Translations under genes and position numbers: made by a program
From: Euglena gracilis
Lineage: Eukaryota
Length of the DNA: 64,000 nucleotides
NCBI GenBank assembly: GCA_039621445.1
Contig: CP154954.1
Coordinates: 36,937,703-37,001,702, forward strand
Direction: 5' to 3'
In this document: piece by piece, positions 36,701 through 49,526 of the stretch
How positions within the stretch are numbered: position 1 is the stretch's first letter
Layout: each line of letters begins with the position of its first letter
Notes under the pieces: generated by a model
What the model saw: only the letters and a program-made list of their open reading frames with translations
What the model was told of the DNA's origin: nothing
Database searches by the model: none

Positions 36701-37216
36701 TCACGAAAAATTTGCATTTCTTGATGTCTGCCATGTGTTGCTGTTTTTTTTCAGTGCCTCCATCACCCTTCTGATGTACTTGTCCTGTTGTTCGAGGTTT
36801 TTGTCTTCAGACCCCTGCCATACGGTTCCTACAATAATGTCGTCCACGTAGTGGTTTGCAATATCATGTACCTCCTCCAGGCTGTACTCGATCACCCTCT
36901 GGAAAATTGGTACGCCGTTTTTCATTCCCATGACCACCACTCTCCACTGTTTTGTTCCCTTGGGTGTGCTGCAGCAGGTGTAGGGTCTGGACTCTTTTTT
37001 CAGTGGTACCTGGTGGAAGGCGTCTTTCAGGTCCAGTACACTGTACATGGCCCGTTGTCCTCGTTGAACTAGGATGCCTGGTATCCTAGGGAGGGGATGG
37101 GCGTCTGTGATTATTGCCTCGTTCAGTGCTCTGGAATAAAACACCCCTCTCCATTTTCCACCTTTTTTGGACACCACAAATGTGGGGCTGGACCAGTCAC
37201 TCCTCCCGTCTTCCAC
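36701..37216 (-). pseudogene. Element C reverse transcriptase
   Basis: WSSPTFVV, KWRGV, LDLKDAFHQV, VMGMKNG, YVDD. Confidence 0.9.
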
Positions 37217-37669
37217 TTTCAGGACATGACAGGAGAACGCTGACAGGCGCTCATCGACATGGTGGACGAATTGGTTAGGGATGTGGATGGGTCTTTTTTT
37301 TCGCCACTGTTCCAGGCTTCAGCTCGATCTTTCCAAAACCCGGTGGTCTGCGTTATGGGGGGTCTGGGTAGATTCTGTCTCGCAAGACCACTAATTCATA
37401 GTTCTGCCGCAGTTGTTTCACCAGTTCTGCCACTTTTCGCCTTGCGTTTCCTGTCGTTCTGGCACCACCACAACACCGTGAACCCTGTGAGATTTCTTTG
37501 CCGATTTCTGAAGTTGTCTTGCCAGTGTTTCCAGTGTTGTTTCGCCTTCGGACAGTCTTTCCTCGTCCTGGCCCGCTTCAGCAGGAATCTGCAAATTCAT
37601 TGCTCGAACCGCTGAAGTGTTTTTCTGAAGTTGGTGTATTTTCTGTTCCCTGTGTTTCTGTTCCTTCAG

Positions 37670-38119
37670 CTAGTGCCAACTGGACAGCAGCCGCAGTGGT
37701 TCACCTATGAGGGCCAGCGATTGTAGGTGTGGGAAAACCCCCAGCTGGTGTTGTTCCATCCACGGACACCCGAGGATGGCATCCACTTCTATGTCGGCGT
37801 CATGGAACGTTCCAAGGGTGGACCATTCCTTTGTTCTGTCCGTGTTGTGCACCCGTGATGAAAACTGCAGTTCCAGTGTGACTTCGTGTAGTCCTCCAAT
37901 CCTTGTTCCGTCCGCTGTGATCAGGGTAAAGGGTTTTTGTGACCGTCTGAAATTTTGTTGGGCAATCAGGTTCTTTTTCACCAGGTTTGCCTGTGCTCCC
38001 GTGTCAATCAGGGCCTGTAGGAACATTTTTTTGCCGTCCGGCAACAGAGCATGGTCTTCGATGAGGAGTTGTTTTGATTTCTTTCTGCTGATGACCTGCC
38101 CTAGCAGGAGTTTGGACAC
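37670..38119 (-). pseudogene. Element C aspartic protease
   Basis: LQALIDTGAQANLV and DAILGCPWM. Confidence 0.88.
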
Positions 38120-38327
38120 CGGTTCACACAGTCGTTTTGGAAGATGAATGTTTGGTCGGGATCTTTTTTGTCAGTTGAATCTGGGTTTGGCTGTTGACCT
38201 GTCAGTTCTGGGCTACGCTGTGAGAGCATGTTTTGTCGTGCATTCCGGGCAGGTTGGGCTGCTGCAGCGGTTGTTGCTGCGCGACCTGGGCTTGGCTGGT
38301 TTGCCGTAGCCGTTCGTGGAACCCCGC

Positions 38328-38860
38328 CAGGTCCTGAATCAGTTCTTCTGGGATCCTGAATTTTTTTTGAAGGCTGGCATGTTGTGTTTGTTGCTGAGTT
38401 TCACCAGGTGACCCCGTTTTGCTGGTATCTGCAGGATGTCAGGGCTGCTCCAGATTCGTGTAGGTTTTTTGTAACCCCAATCTGTGTATTGACAGTAATC
38501 CACGTCAATATACGGGTACGGTTTCATGTAATCTCGTTTTCGTACCTTGGGTTATCCAACCACCATTTCTGCGGCTGCAGAAATTCCACAATTTGCTGGG
38601 CTTTCTTGGCAAGTCTGTCTCCCATTTCCATGTTTCGGGGTCTGGTAGTCAGCGCAATGATGAATTCTGTGCAGGGAACTCCACACACCACCGTGTGCAA
38701 TTCACCAGGTTTAAACTTTTTTCTGAAGTCCCAGTCCAGTACGTCCACCTGGTAATCCGCTTCCCACCTGGTGTCTGAATCCACCGTCACCACCTGGAAA
38801 CTCATTTTTTTATACACGTTGCTGACGGATTTTGTTCCACAGAACAGGTCAAGCATTTTT
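38328..38860 (-). pseudogene. Element C C5-cytosine DNA methyltransferase
   Basis: Motif I MLDLFCG, motif IV GVPCTEF, motif VI-like WWLDNP, VDYCQY...YKKPTRIW and terminal KFRIPEELIQDL; contains frameshifts. Confidence 0.85.
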
Positions 38861-39069
38861 GGTTTTAGATTTTCTGCTGTTGCCCGTTCTGGTGTCGCTG
38901 TGGCTGCCTCCTGCAGTTTTCTGATGTGTTTCTGTGGTTTTTCTGTCACCACCCTCCGCCTCGTTCTCCACTGGCGGGTAATCGTGGGCTGTGTCGAACG
39001 TCACCTTGGATGTCGGGTGTAGGGGGGTGAAATGCTTGTGGAAACCTGGTAGGTACTTGCACCGTGTTT

Positions 39070-39490
39070 TGTGTCCGCATACCAAAAACACTTCCACAGG
39101 CCACGGTGTATTCCTGCAGTTCTTGTCACCCTGTCCGAACAGTTTGTTCCTGCTGGGATGAACATTGACATCACTGCCAGCTTTTTGATTTCCCTGTACC
39201 GTCGTCTGTGAACCCATCTTGGTACCATGAGAAGTGCTTGGGCCTCGTCTGTTTGAATTTTTTTAACTACCAGTGAAATTTTGCTGAATGGGGGTTCATC
39301 CACAGCAGTTTTCCGTGACAGTTCTTTTCAAAGGCGTCAGTTCCGTCTGGGCTGCCCGACCCCCACCATTGCGGGAATCTTCTGTTTTTTTTTCAGTTGC
39401 AAAGGCATCCAGCTGGGTCTGGACCCCGAAGTGTGAGACAATTTCTGTCATTTTTTATTCCTTCGCGTGGTAGTTTTCAGACACCCACCG
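39070..39490 (-). pseudogene. Element C Dam-like N6-adenine methyltransferase
   Basis: Manual translation across frameshifts: QLDAFATEKN-RRFPQWWG...TDAF...LLWMNPP-FSKISLVVKKIQTDEAQALLMVPRW...LF...TPWPVEVF. Confidence 0.8.
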
Positions 39491-39780
39491 TGAAGCTGCT
39501 ATGCCGAACTTGCAGCTGACCTGTTCCCTTTTCGGTTCTGGGCTGTGGAGTCGTTTATTTTTGTCAGGATGTTTTGCATTTGGGTTTTTTCTTACCTCCC
39601 TTACCCAGTGTGTATGACAGCTGCGGCTGTGAACCTGGTTCCATTGTTCTGTTTTGTTGTTTCGGTTGTGTCTGCAGAGAGTCGCCCCTCTCGTCCCCTA
39701 GCCTCAGGCCGCAGCCCCTTCACTTCCGTTCTGTGTTTGAACTGGCTGCCAGCGTTTGCTGGAAGATGCTTCTGCTTCGG

Positions 39781-42533
39781 CTATCCCTGTGGTTGGTTGG
39801 CTGGCCCCTGTGAGTTGGTTTGCTGAGGCCGTGGTTCAGTTTTCCTTGCTGCTGGCTGTAGCTGTGGCTGCCCTTTGCCCTTTCCTTTCCCGCTCCCCTT
39901 CCCAGAATCGTATCGTTTCCAGAGTTGTATCCCTTTCATGAATCGTAGCATTTGCCGTAACTCTGGTTCCAGTTCTGGTTTCAGTTTTGGGTTGAACACC
40001 AGTTTTGACCTTTCCCCTTTCCTTTGCCTTTGCCCCAGTCGTTCTCTCCCCAGTCTGACCTGTTGGTGTACCCTCCCTGGCCAGGCTGTTCTGAAACTGC
40101 CATGGACACCTGCTGGCGTGGAGAAGGGGGTCTGGGTTTTTCAGGTGTTGGGGTTCGAGGTCCAAGGGAGTTGGGTCGGGATCTGGAAGATGGTGTCCGA
40201 CTTCTGGATTTTGTTTTCTCCTCCTCCTTGACTTCCCTGACGTAACCCCTGCGGTGCATAGACCGTGATCTAATTGCACGAGGTTGGTTCTGCCAGCCGT
40301 TGTACCCCCTACACAGGGAGTCTGACTGTTGTTGGCACCTGAGTTCGGTTTCCACCCGTTGGAACAGTTCATCCAGTGTCAGTTTGGCTTGTACTTGTGT
40401 GAAATGTGGCTTGTGTCCAGTCAGCAACGTTGAACCGTTTTTCATCAGGAGAAGTTCAGCAGCTCTGCTGCTGTGCAGTTGGATCTTGAGGTGTTGTCCG
40501 TCTGGTGCCACCTGAAAATTCTCACCTGTGGCCACTGTTGCTGCAATTAGGTCTCGTATGTCTTCCGTCGTTGCATCTGGGATGTTCGTAATGTTCGTGA
40601 CCCTTTCAGTTTCAGGGTCGGTCTGTCCTGATTTCTGCGGTCCTGTTCCCTGATGCAGCTTCTGTGTGCGTTTCAGGCATTTTTTTCAGCCACCAGGTTG
40701 TAAGCGTCTTCCTCTGATGGATTTTCCAGCCTGCTTTAGAGGAGTTTGAAATGGGCTTCACACTCCCTCCACGCTTCCAGTGTTAGTTCTCCTTCCGTTT
40801 TTGGTCTCAGGTTTTTCAGTTCCTCCTTGATGGCTGATTGCGTGTCTCCACCGTATTTCTGGTGCATCCAGTTCCAAAATTCCTGGTATTTTATTTTCTC
40901 ACCGCGTTCCTCTGTGCGTTGTAGTTCCAGTTTGCTGGCACTGTCCAGGCCGCCCTCCAGCAGTGACAGTTTCATGTCGTCAGTCAGGGACCCCTGACCA
41001 GCTGACACACGTTGCAGGTACGTCAGAAATTTCACCGCAAAATCTGCGAAATTTCCATGCAGTGTTGGTCTTACCAGGTTTTTTGACATCCCCGCTCCCA
41101 CTGGACCCAGCAGCAGCCCGAAGGATGCTGCCGGGGCCGTTGCCACTGGTGTCACCACTGTTTCCTCTCCTATGTGGTGGACGGCAGTTTGGGTAGACCC
41201 CAGCTGGGGTGCCACCCAGGTTGTTGTGGCTGAGTTCTGAGTTTCAGTTTCGTCTGCCCACACAAACAAGTCCCGTTTCCGGGACTGTGGGTTTTGTTGC
41301 GTCGTCACTGGCTGTTGAGTCGGCTGATTTTGCGTTGACTGTGGTACTGGGATTGTCGGGTTTGTCGTACGAGCTGGGTTGGTCGGCACTGCAGTCGGTC
41401 GTTGTTCTGTTTGTCAAGTCAGTTGGGCAGTTAACGGTGTCAAGGCAGTTTTTAGTTCTTGCTGGATGAGCTGCCCCACCGGGGAAGCCGGGTTAACGGT
41501 CCCCAGTGCTGCAGCTCCTCCTTCCGTTTTTGGGTGTTAGCTGCTCTGGCTGAACATACCTGTGAGGGGTTGTGGACTCCCTGTCCTCGTTTGACTGCCC
41601 TGGGATTCTTGTGTCCCCGTCCCTTGGTTACTTGCGGGCTGGCCCCTCAGGGCATGCCGTGGCTGGGCCAAGGGTTGTGGGGTTCTTATCCCCGTTGGCA
41701 GTGAGCCAGGAATTTCCATGATTTCTGTGATCTGCTGTGACGTTCCGTTGAAATGTTCTGGTACAGTCTGTTCTGGTTCACTGTCACCAGTTCCATGTTT
41801 AGGTGCGTTGTGTGCCACTACTATCGTCAGTTCTTCGTGTCTGCCGTTTATTTCTGTCATGAGTGCTTCGCCCTGATTGTTCACTGTGGCATGTAGTTCG
41901 CTGACCCATTCCGTCGTTGTTTGCTGTAGCCGCTGCAGTGTTTCTTCCATTGCTGATTCGTCTGTTCATTTTTGTGTCTAAACTGTTGAAATTTGTGGGT
42001 CAGCTGTCCAGTTTCGTACGCAAAGCTTGACCACCAGTCCCACTCAGTGTTCTGGTTCTGTGGTTCCGGCTGTGGAATCTTGTACGAGCTGTGCGATGGT
42101 TCCTGGTACGAAGTTACAGTTTCACCCTGGACGCGGTCTGGTTGTTCCGGGCTCTGGCGCACCGCCACCAGTGCAAAACTCTGGGTTCCTGGTTGCTGTG
42201 CTGTTGCGGTTTGTCAGTTTTGGTCGTTCTGACTGTCCGTTTCTGGCTGTTGTGACCAGTTTTGTGGTGCAACCACCTGTTCGTCGAAGTACGGTTCGTT
42301 GTTTTCGTCCAGTTCTGTGTAATCTGGTGCAGGACCGGTCTGTTCGGTGTCGCCTTGGTGCATGTGCACCATGATAACGACACGTGGGCTGTCATTGCAG
42401 GTCCGTGGCACTGTAATGTGTGTGCCGTTTTGTTCCGGTTCAGTGCACCTGTTGATGTCCAGTGACTGGTACATGGCGGCAAAGCCATCTGCAGGCTCCA
42501 CCACCCTAGCGATGGCGGTTAAGGCAGCTGGCA
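39781..42533 (-). pseudogene. Element C gag-like region (fragmented)
   Basis: Collinear ORF pieces at 42214-42630, 41881-42168, 41537-41950, 40736-41389, 39981-40535 and 39781-39999, upstream of pol, with GKGKGK repeats. Confidence 0.6.
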
Positions 42534-42967
42534 TTTCCAGTGTTTGGTTCAGGGCTGGGAAGCCATCCGCCTGCTCCGCCTGTCGGCCTACTGAAACCCA
42601 TTTGTGGGAACAGAACCAGGAGAGTAACAAAAAAGAAAGTCTTTCACTTGACTATTAGTTTTTATTGCCTTTGGGCTTATGCAGAGCACAAGGCAGGTGG
42701 AGAAGCCCTATGGGCTACAGACGGAAAATTCCAAGTGACCTGGCTGTCCGTTTCGGACTTCAAATGATACAAATCAAACTTGAAATTCAAGTGAAGAAGA
42801 AAATCGGAATACAAGTACTACCTGTGGAGAGGAGAACCAGAATATGGGTGAGGTATTCCTAATTCAGGCCGTTGGCCATCTTTAGGAACACCACCTCGCA
42901 TAGTGCTGTGTATGGGGCTCAGAGCTATATCTGGCCGTAGGCTTATACCTACATACACAGTACCATG

Positions 42968-43780
42968 AGTGTACGTCCAAAGCTTTCCCTTTTCCGCTTT
43001 TTGGGACTTTCTGTAAAAGCCTTTCACTTTCGCCTTTGTGCGCAGCCTACTTATGGTAGGGGAAAGTCTTTGGAGTAACGAAAGGTGGTTTTCCCCATTT
43101 CTTCCCAATTCCCCAAGAAGCAAAGCACAAAGCAAAGACTCAGAAGTTTTTTCTGAGATCAAGTTCAACTGTTCCGAGGGTTTTTCCCTGAGGCAAAACC
43201 AATGGTCAAACTTGGAAGTGATGACAGTGAATAATACCACCTGTGGGAGAAAGGAGAGAAAAGTGCTGACGTGTCCAGGGGCAGATCCCAGAAGGGTCTG
43301 CCACGATCTTACCAGCTGTGGATTTCCACAGTGGTGCGACCTTCAAAGAACCCACTCTGCAGATATCCTACAGAGCTGGGACGTGCCTGGTACACATCCG
43401 CCTCCCAGGGCTACGCCCGATTTCCTTCATGGACCAGGGATTCCCAGGTCCAGTCAGGATATGTGATGCTGCCCCAGGTGGGGTTCACTTCTCCATTCGG
43501 TGCCTCTCCTTTCCGCACAGTGGCATCCACCCGAAGCCCAAAAACGCGCAAAAGGTTAGCCGCGTTTCGCGGTTACCTATTAGCCGTTTCGGCTTAGGTG
43601 GGGTGTGAAAAAGCCCACTGTGGGAAACGGGGCTTGGCAGGTTTCCTGACAAAGTGTCCAATCCACCCACTTTGGGTGTGCCAAAGGCACGCGGGGTTGG
43701 TCAAGCGTATTCGCTGAAAACACGAGGGGAGAGGTGTGGCAGGGGGGGGGGCAGGCTCCTATCCTGGTCATACCCGGATA
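42968..43780 (-). mobile_element. Element D: 3' UTR, PPT and 3' LTR (43396-42968) of a B-related family
   Basis: Minus strand reads GCCCTGGGAGGCGGA|TGTGTACCAGG...GACGTACACT. The 3' UTR resembles B 31490-31620. Confidence 0.85.
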
Positions 43781-43922
43781 GGGCTCCTAGGCCGTGGTAT
43801 CCGCACTAGGAAACAAAAGCCTACGTACAAAACCGCCTGCCGGCGACAGCTTTGCGGGGGTAGGGGGAAAGTAGGGAGGAGAGGGGGGCTGGCTTAGGCC
43901 AGAACAGAATTTTCCGCTACCA

Positions 43923-43925
<3 letters not shown>

Positions 43926-43969
<44 letters not shown>

Positions 43970-43971
43970 TA

Positions 43972-44020
<49 letters not shown>

Positions 44021-44277
44021 TGTACATATATGTATATGTATATGTATGTATATGTATATGCATATTATATATATGTATATATATGTATATATATGTATAT
44101 ATCTATGTATATATGTATATATATCTATATATATTACATATATATGTATATATATGTACATATGTATATATAGTACATATATGTATATATATGTCCCTCT
44201 ATATATATACATATATGTATATATGTATATATATTTATGTATATATACATATACACACACATATCTATATGTGTATG

Positions 44278-44322
<45 letters not shown>

Positions 44323-44328
44323 ATATAA
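43926..44328. repeat. Degenerate (TA)n microsatellite
   Basis: About 400 bp of TA/TG/CA dinucleotides. Confidence 0.97.
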
Positions 44329-44354
44329 AGATACTTTTTCGCCTGTTCCAAACC

Positions 44355-44866
44355 CAGAGGGATGGATGGGAAGCCCTTCGGTATTGAGGTAGGTGGTGGG
44401 GGGGTCCCGACCACCCCCCCCCCCCAGGGGGTAAGGTGGTAGGGGTGGGGGGTCCGGACCCCCCTCCCAACATCTAGGGGGGGGGGTGGTCCGGACCCCC
44501 CCCCTCCTTGACAGGTGCCAAAAATAGCAGAAAATTTTCTTCCGGCGCGCAGCGAGCAAAATGAGCAAAAACATCCCTTTTTGCTCACTTTTGGACATAT
44601 TGCCCTTTTTTTGATGTGTTGGTGTTTTCCCCCCAAAAATTGTTCAAAAAATTTCAAAAAACGTTTTTGGATCGATTTTCAAAGAAAAATCAGGGATTTT
44701 TGACCGATTTTGACCCGATTTCTGGCCCTTTGCCCGTCCATGAAATCGAAAATTTTTCGGCCCCCCCTCAGTTTCGAGGTAGGAGGGGGGGGGTCCGACC
44801 CCCCCCCCCCCCCTGTCGGGGGGGGGGGTCCGACCCCCCCCCCTCAAGGCTTCCCATCCATCCCTG
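44355..44866. mobile_element. TIR MITE family (copy at 62907-63393; partial copy at 1-120)
   Basis: TIRs CAG(A)GGGATGGATGGGAAGCC / GGCTTCCCATCCATCCCTG and shared internal sequence between copies. Confidence 0.8.
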
Positions 44867-44934
44867 CACTGCCCCGAAACTCGATGCCGACCTTGCATCC
44901 ATCCAACCCCAGGGTACTAAGCGAGCGTTTAGGC

Positions 44935-45196
44935 CAGGATTTTTTTTAGTTGTGGACCCCGGTGGGGGGGGTAGGGTGAGTGGGTCTGGCCGAGCCCCCC
45001 CCCCCCCGGGTCCCCCCGAAGGGGGGTGGGATATATTTTTCGGCGCCAAAGGCGCCGAACAAGTGCTATTTTTAGCATTTTTCACAATCTTTCGGCCATT
45101 TTTTTTGTGGGTCCCCCGGGACCCCCCCCCCCCCAGGGGGCAGGGGGTGGGTGGGTGGGGGTCCCCTCCCCCCCCCCCGGTCTTAAAAAATTGCTG
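44935..45196. mobile_element. hAT-like MITE
   Basis: CAGGATTTTTTT...AAAAAATTGCTG with TSD GTTTAGGC/GTTTAGGG. Confidence 0.7.
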
Positions 45197-48100
45197 GTTT
45201 AGGGGCAACCACCCCCAGCCCCTTCTCAGGGTAGGCGGGGAGGTCCGGAAACTCCTCTCAAAATTACCAGAAAATTTTCTTCCGTGGCGCTTTGCACTGA
45301 CAGATTTATGTTGCTATCATCTGTTTTTTTGGGGTTCTTGGGGTTAAAAAAAAATCGGCTGTTTGGCATCATTGGCAGTTTCTTTTTTGGATTTTTTTTT
45401 GCAGTTGTGATTGTTTGATCCCCGGTGATTTGGCCTAGCTCCAGCCCGGGACCCCTACAGGGGGGGGGGGTCAGCAAGCAGCGTTTTTTTTAGCCAGCCC
45501 AAATTTTCCAGCCTCTGTGCTGTGGACCCTGGGGGGGAGGGAGCCTGAAACAACGCCCTGGTGGGAAGCGCAGTCGGCGTGTCAGGTGACAGATCCTTTT
45601 GGAGATTCAACTACGTTTTTTGCCTCTTTCTCTCAGGTATTTGTTAACAATGTGGAAGCGGCACATGATGCCCTTCGACAGATCCTGGAGGCCCTGGTCT
45701 TCATCCATTCTCCCCAGACACAGGCATTCCCCCCTTCGGCTGTGTGGTTTTCCTTTTCTGTGTAGAACTCTCACCATTTTGGGTGTGACAGCTGATATCT
45801 CCGTCGGAGCCGCTGCAGCGCCGTGAATCATTAACACCACCGCACATGATCATTAAACCTGCCCCCTATCTTATACCCACCTTGGGCCACAACAATTGCA
45901 GGAACCCCAAAACTGTCACGGCCCGTGGTTTGTTTTTTGACGTTTCATTGACATGCAATCTATAAGGATTGTTCTGTGGAGTAATGGCCAGCATCATATT
46001 TTATCTGAAATTCATGCCCCCACGCCCCGGTGTATGCCGAAAAATTGCTGAAATTTTGCCAAAATTTTGCTGTTGTGGGTGTTGACTAGCAATGGTTCAG
46101 GTGATTCTGGGGTTTTTTGGTAATGATGGGGTTTTGGGGGGTGGGGAACCCAGCTGACCTGGTCCCGGGGGCTGGTGGCACATTTTGGCACATCCCACCC
46201 CCGATTAAATCTTTAAATTGTCAAATTTTTTGCTTTTCGGGGCTCCCCCAAAGACCCCATTATTACCAGAACCACAAGGGCCACAAAATTTTGACGATTT
46301 TTGGGTGTGAATCTGGGCGTCGGGGCGTGATTTTCGGGGCCAGATTACCCCAATGCCAAGAAATGTGGTGTGTGCTAAAACTTGCCACCTGCCCCCGGGC
46401 AGGTCAGCTGGGTTCCCCACCCCCAAAAACCCCAGAATCACCTGAGCCGCTGCTGGTCACCACCCCACAATCGCAAAATTTTGGCAATTTTTTTGGTGTA
46501 AATGGGGCCATTGTTCGCTGTACGACCGCCTCCCCCCCCCCCCCAACGGCAGGAGCAAGATTTTTGGGTCGTGAAGGAACAGGGTTAGGGTCAGCGTCAG
46601 GGACCTGGTTCCGGGGGCTGGTGGCACGTTTCGGCACAGAGCATTTCCTGACATTGAGGCAATCTCGGCCCAAAAATCACGGGTATTTGTTTGCTGGACA
46701 AACCGCCGCCAAAAAATTACACGTCAGTTGCACCGAGGCCTGAATAGTGCTTTTATGTGTTATGTGGGTTGGGTTTTTCTTTTTGGTTAGTTTGTGGTTT
46801 GGCGGACATATGACCTGATTTTCATGACGTACGCCCCACCCCCCGATTGACAGCTGAAAATTGTCAAAATTTTGCTACTCGGGGTGGGCATGAGAAGCAG
46901 TGATCCCCTTCGAATAGCAGTCGGAGCAGTCAGTCGGAATTTTTTTTTTCTGAATTCCTTTTTTGAAGGTTTTTTTTAATGTTTTTCTGAGGTATTTTAA
47001 GGTGTTTCTGCATCATGCCGGCCATTTGAAGGCTTTTCTTTTATCATTTTCTGAAGGCATTTTGGCCAAACATCTTTTGGATTTTTTAAAAGGGGGTTTC
47101 AAATTTTTCCAAATGAAATGAAACGGAGAGTTCCGTGGCTTGAAGGCCAACCTTTTCCCATTGTGGGCTGGAGGTTTTTTGAACCTGGCCCAGGGGTTTT
47201 CTTAAGCCGGAGGGGACCCTATTCCCCGGGGGGGGGGGGTCCAGCCAGCCATCAAATCCAGCCAGCAGCCCAAATTCGGGCTGGGATCCCCGGGGTCGAT
47301 ATAAATATAGTTGCGTCCAGCCCGGCCGGAGGCTGGGCCAGCCGGCTGCAGGCTGGCCAGCCAAATGGGCTGCCCAGCTCACCTATCCCTTCATTTTTTC
47401 AGTAATTTTCCTGTTCCTCCAGTTCCGATCCAGCCTTGATCTAAATCCATCCATCAAAATGTCGAAAATGGCAAAAAAATCATTTTTTTTTGTTTTTCAT
47501 CGACCCAGCCCAGCCCCCCCCAGCTCCGGACCCCCCCCCCCCCGGGAGGTTCTTAAGAAAACCCGTGACCGGGCCCGCAGCACGCTGCACTTTCCCCAGA
47601 ATTCTGTGCGGTTGTCCCTCCCCGCACCTCTCTGCATTCAGGTCCTCTCCATGAAGGAGAAGGAGGGAAACAAAGGAAAAGGAAAAAGAACGAAGAAGTC
47701 CAAAGAAGAAGAAGGCGTAAGGAAGAAGGTGATGAATCAAGGAGGAAGAAGAGAAAAGAAGAAGAAGGAAGCCGATGATGGAATAAGTAAGAGGAAGATG
47801 AAGGAGGAGGAGGAAGAGGAAGGAATGATTGAAGAAGCAGGAAGAATGAGGAAGAAAGTAGGACGAGGAAGGAAGCCATTGCCAGCCCAACGCCCACCTC
47901 CTCTTGGCGGCCAGTGCCCCGTGCCTCCACAAAGGAGCTTGTGGTTGACGTTTTTTTTTGTGAATTGGACGCGTTGTTGTTTCCCCCAGGTGGACGTTCA
48001 TTACAGGAACAAAGCAGAGTATGTTGTTTTGAGTAAGGTTGCACGCGCGCACACACACACACACATACACACACACACACACACATGCACACACACACAC

Positions 48101-49235
48101 ACATACACACACACATGCACACACACACACATATACACACTCACACACACATACACACACACATGCACACGCACACATATACACACACGCGCGCACGCAT
48201 ATGCACCACAGCATGGTGGGTGGAATGCACACCACATGCAGAGCGGGCAACATAGTTTGTGGTGCAGTTTGGGGGAGTTTGAGGGGCACTTTGGGGGGCT
48301 GAGGGGCACTGAAGGGGAGGCAGCGGCGGCCAGGCGGCGCAGGAGCGGGGGCAAGCGAAGGAGCGGGGGCGGGCTGCGCTCTTCCCCCACCTCCACCTGC
48401 CCACCGGTCCGCTCGCTGCCAGGTGTGTGCTGCTGCATCAATGGGAAGGGGGGCTGGGCTGTGTGCAAGTGTGCGCGTTCCGCTTCAGCAGAAAGAAACC
48501 GACAATGATATCAAGAAAAGGCACATGCAGCGGATTGCCTGGTTGCCTGGTTTTCAAATCAGAAATGCTGTGCCCCGCATAATCTCATGCTGGCTTTTTG
48601 GATAATATTTTTGTCATTGTTGAGGAGCTCCGGTGTTATCAGTTGCTTCCTGGAGCTTTGCACCGGAACACTTCTGTCATCTGCTTTTGTCAATTTGGCG
48701 AAAATCCCCCCGAAAATGCAACGTTGGGAGCTTTTTTTGAAGCCACCCAAAAGATTGTGTGATCTGCTTTGGGCAGGGCTTTTCCCCCCCAGGTCTGTTA
48801 ATCCCCCCTCCCCCCACCCGGGGGTAGGGGGAGTGGGGTGGACCTGGTGGCTGCCCCCCTTGAAAACCTCATCACAGGGTGGACAAAAATTATGGCGGAC
48901 AAGAAGTTTTGGTAACCCCTCCCCCAATTTTACCATACTCATTCTTGCCGTAATGTTCGACCGGTGCTGGTTTCTGACCAACACTCAGCACCTGTGTGAC
49001 CCCTCCCCCTGCCTCCAATGGGTGGCTGAGTGGTTGACCCCACCGCGGGGATGGGGTAGGTTTTTGCCTGGCTGAAGGCCAGCAGAATTTTTCTGTGTTT
49101 GCGGCCAGTTTGACTGGTGGGTGGGTGGGTGGATGGACGCTTGACCCCGGGGGGGGGTTTCGAAAAAATGAAGGTGGGTTTGGTCTGTGAACGAGCCAAA
49201 GTATGTTCGACACATTGCAAAAAAGTGCTCAGAAG

Positions 49236-49526
49236 CAGGCTGTATTTTAGTCGTGTACCGACCCCACCCCGGGGGGGGGGTGCCTGCCTGGGCAGGCACT
49301 CCAAATCCGACCCCCCGGGGGGGGGGGGGTAGGGCACACGGCCAAAAGTGCCCTAGCACAACGCCTTTGGCGCCGGGGAGCCAAAAATGGCCTATTTTCA
49401 AAGGAATGTGCCTGGGCACAGGCCGAAATCCGACCCCCGGGGGGGGGGGTAGTGCCTGCCTGGGCAGGCGCACACAGGCACTCCGGACCCCCCCCTCCCC
49501 CCCGGGGTTGGTAAAAAAACAGCGTG
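49236..49526. mobile_element. hAT-like MITE, family 2 (related copy at 52895-53194)
   Basis: CAGGCTGTATTTTA...TAAAAAAACAGCGTG with 8-bp TSD CTCAGAAG. Confidence 0.88.

Larger units (their letters stand above)
35940..42967 (-). mobile_element. Decayed Ty3/Gypsy element C carrying tandem N6- and C5-methyltransferases (3' end lost)
   Basis: Minus-strand order is gag, N6-MT, C5-MT, protease, RT, RNase H, integrase, with many frameshifts and deletions. Confidence 0.88.

Noticed and set aside
39670-39700. Minus-strand TAG GGG plus small hairpin in element C, resembling B's readthrough site
   Set aside because: The frame is too decayed to show this TAG terminates gag, and a TGA precedes it in frame.
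43787-44473. ORFs rich in Y/I/M
   Set aside because: They are translations of the (TA)n microsatellite.
47459-48508. 349-aa ORF with K/E-rich and HT repeats
   Set aside because: It is produced by GAA-rich and (CA)n simple repeats, and the frame is not kept in the duplicate at ~55560-56370.
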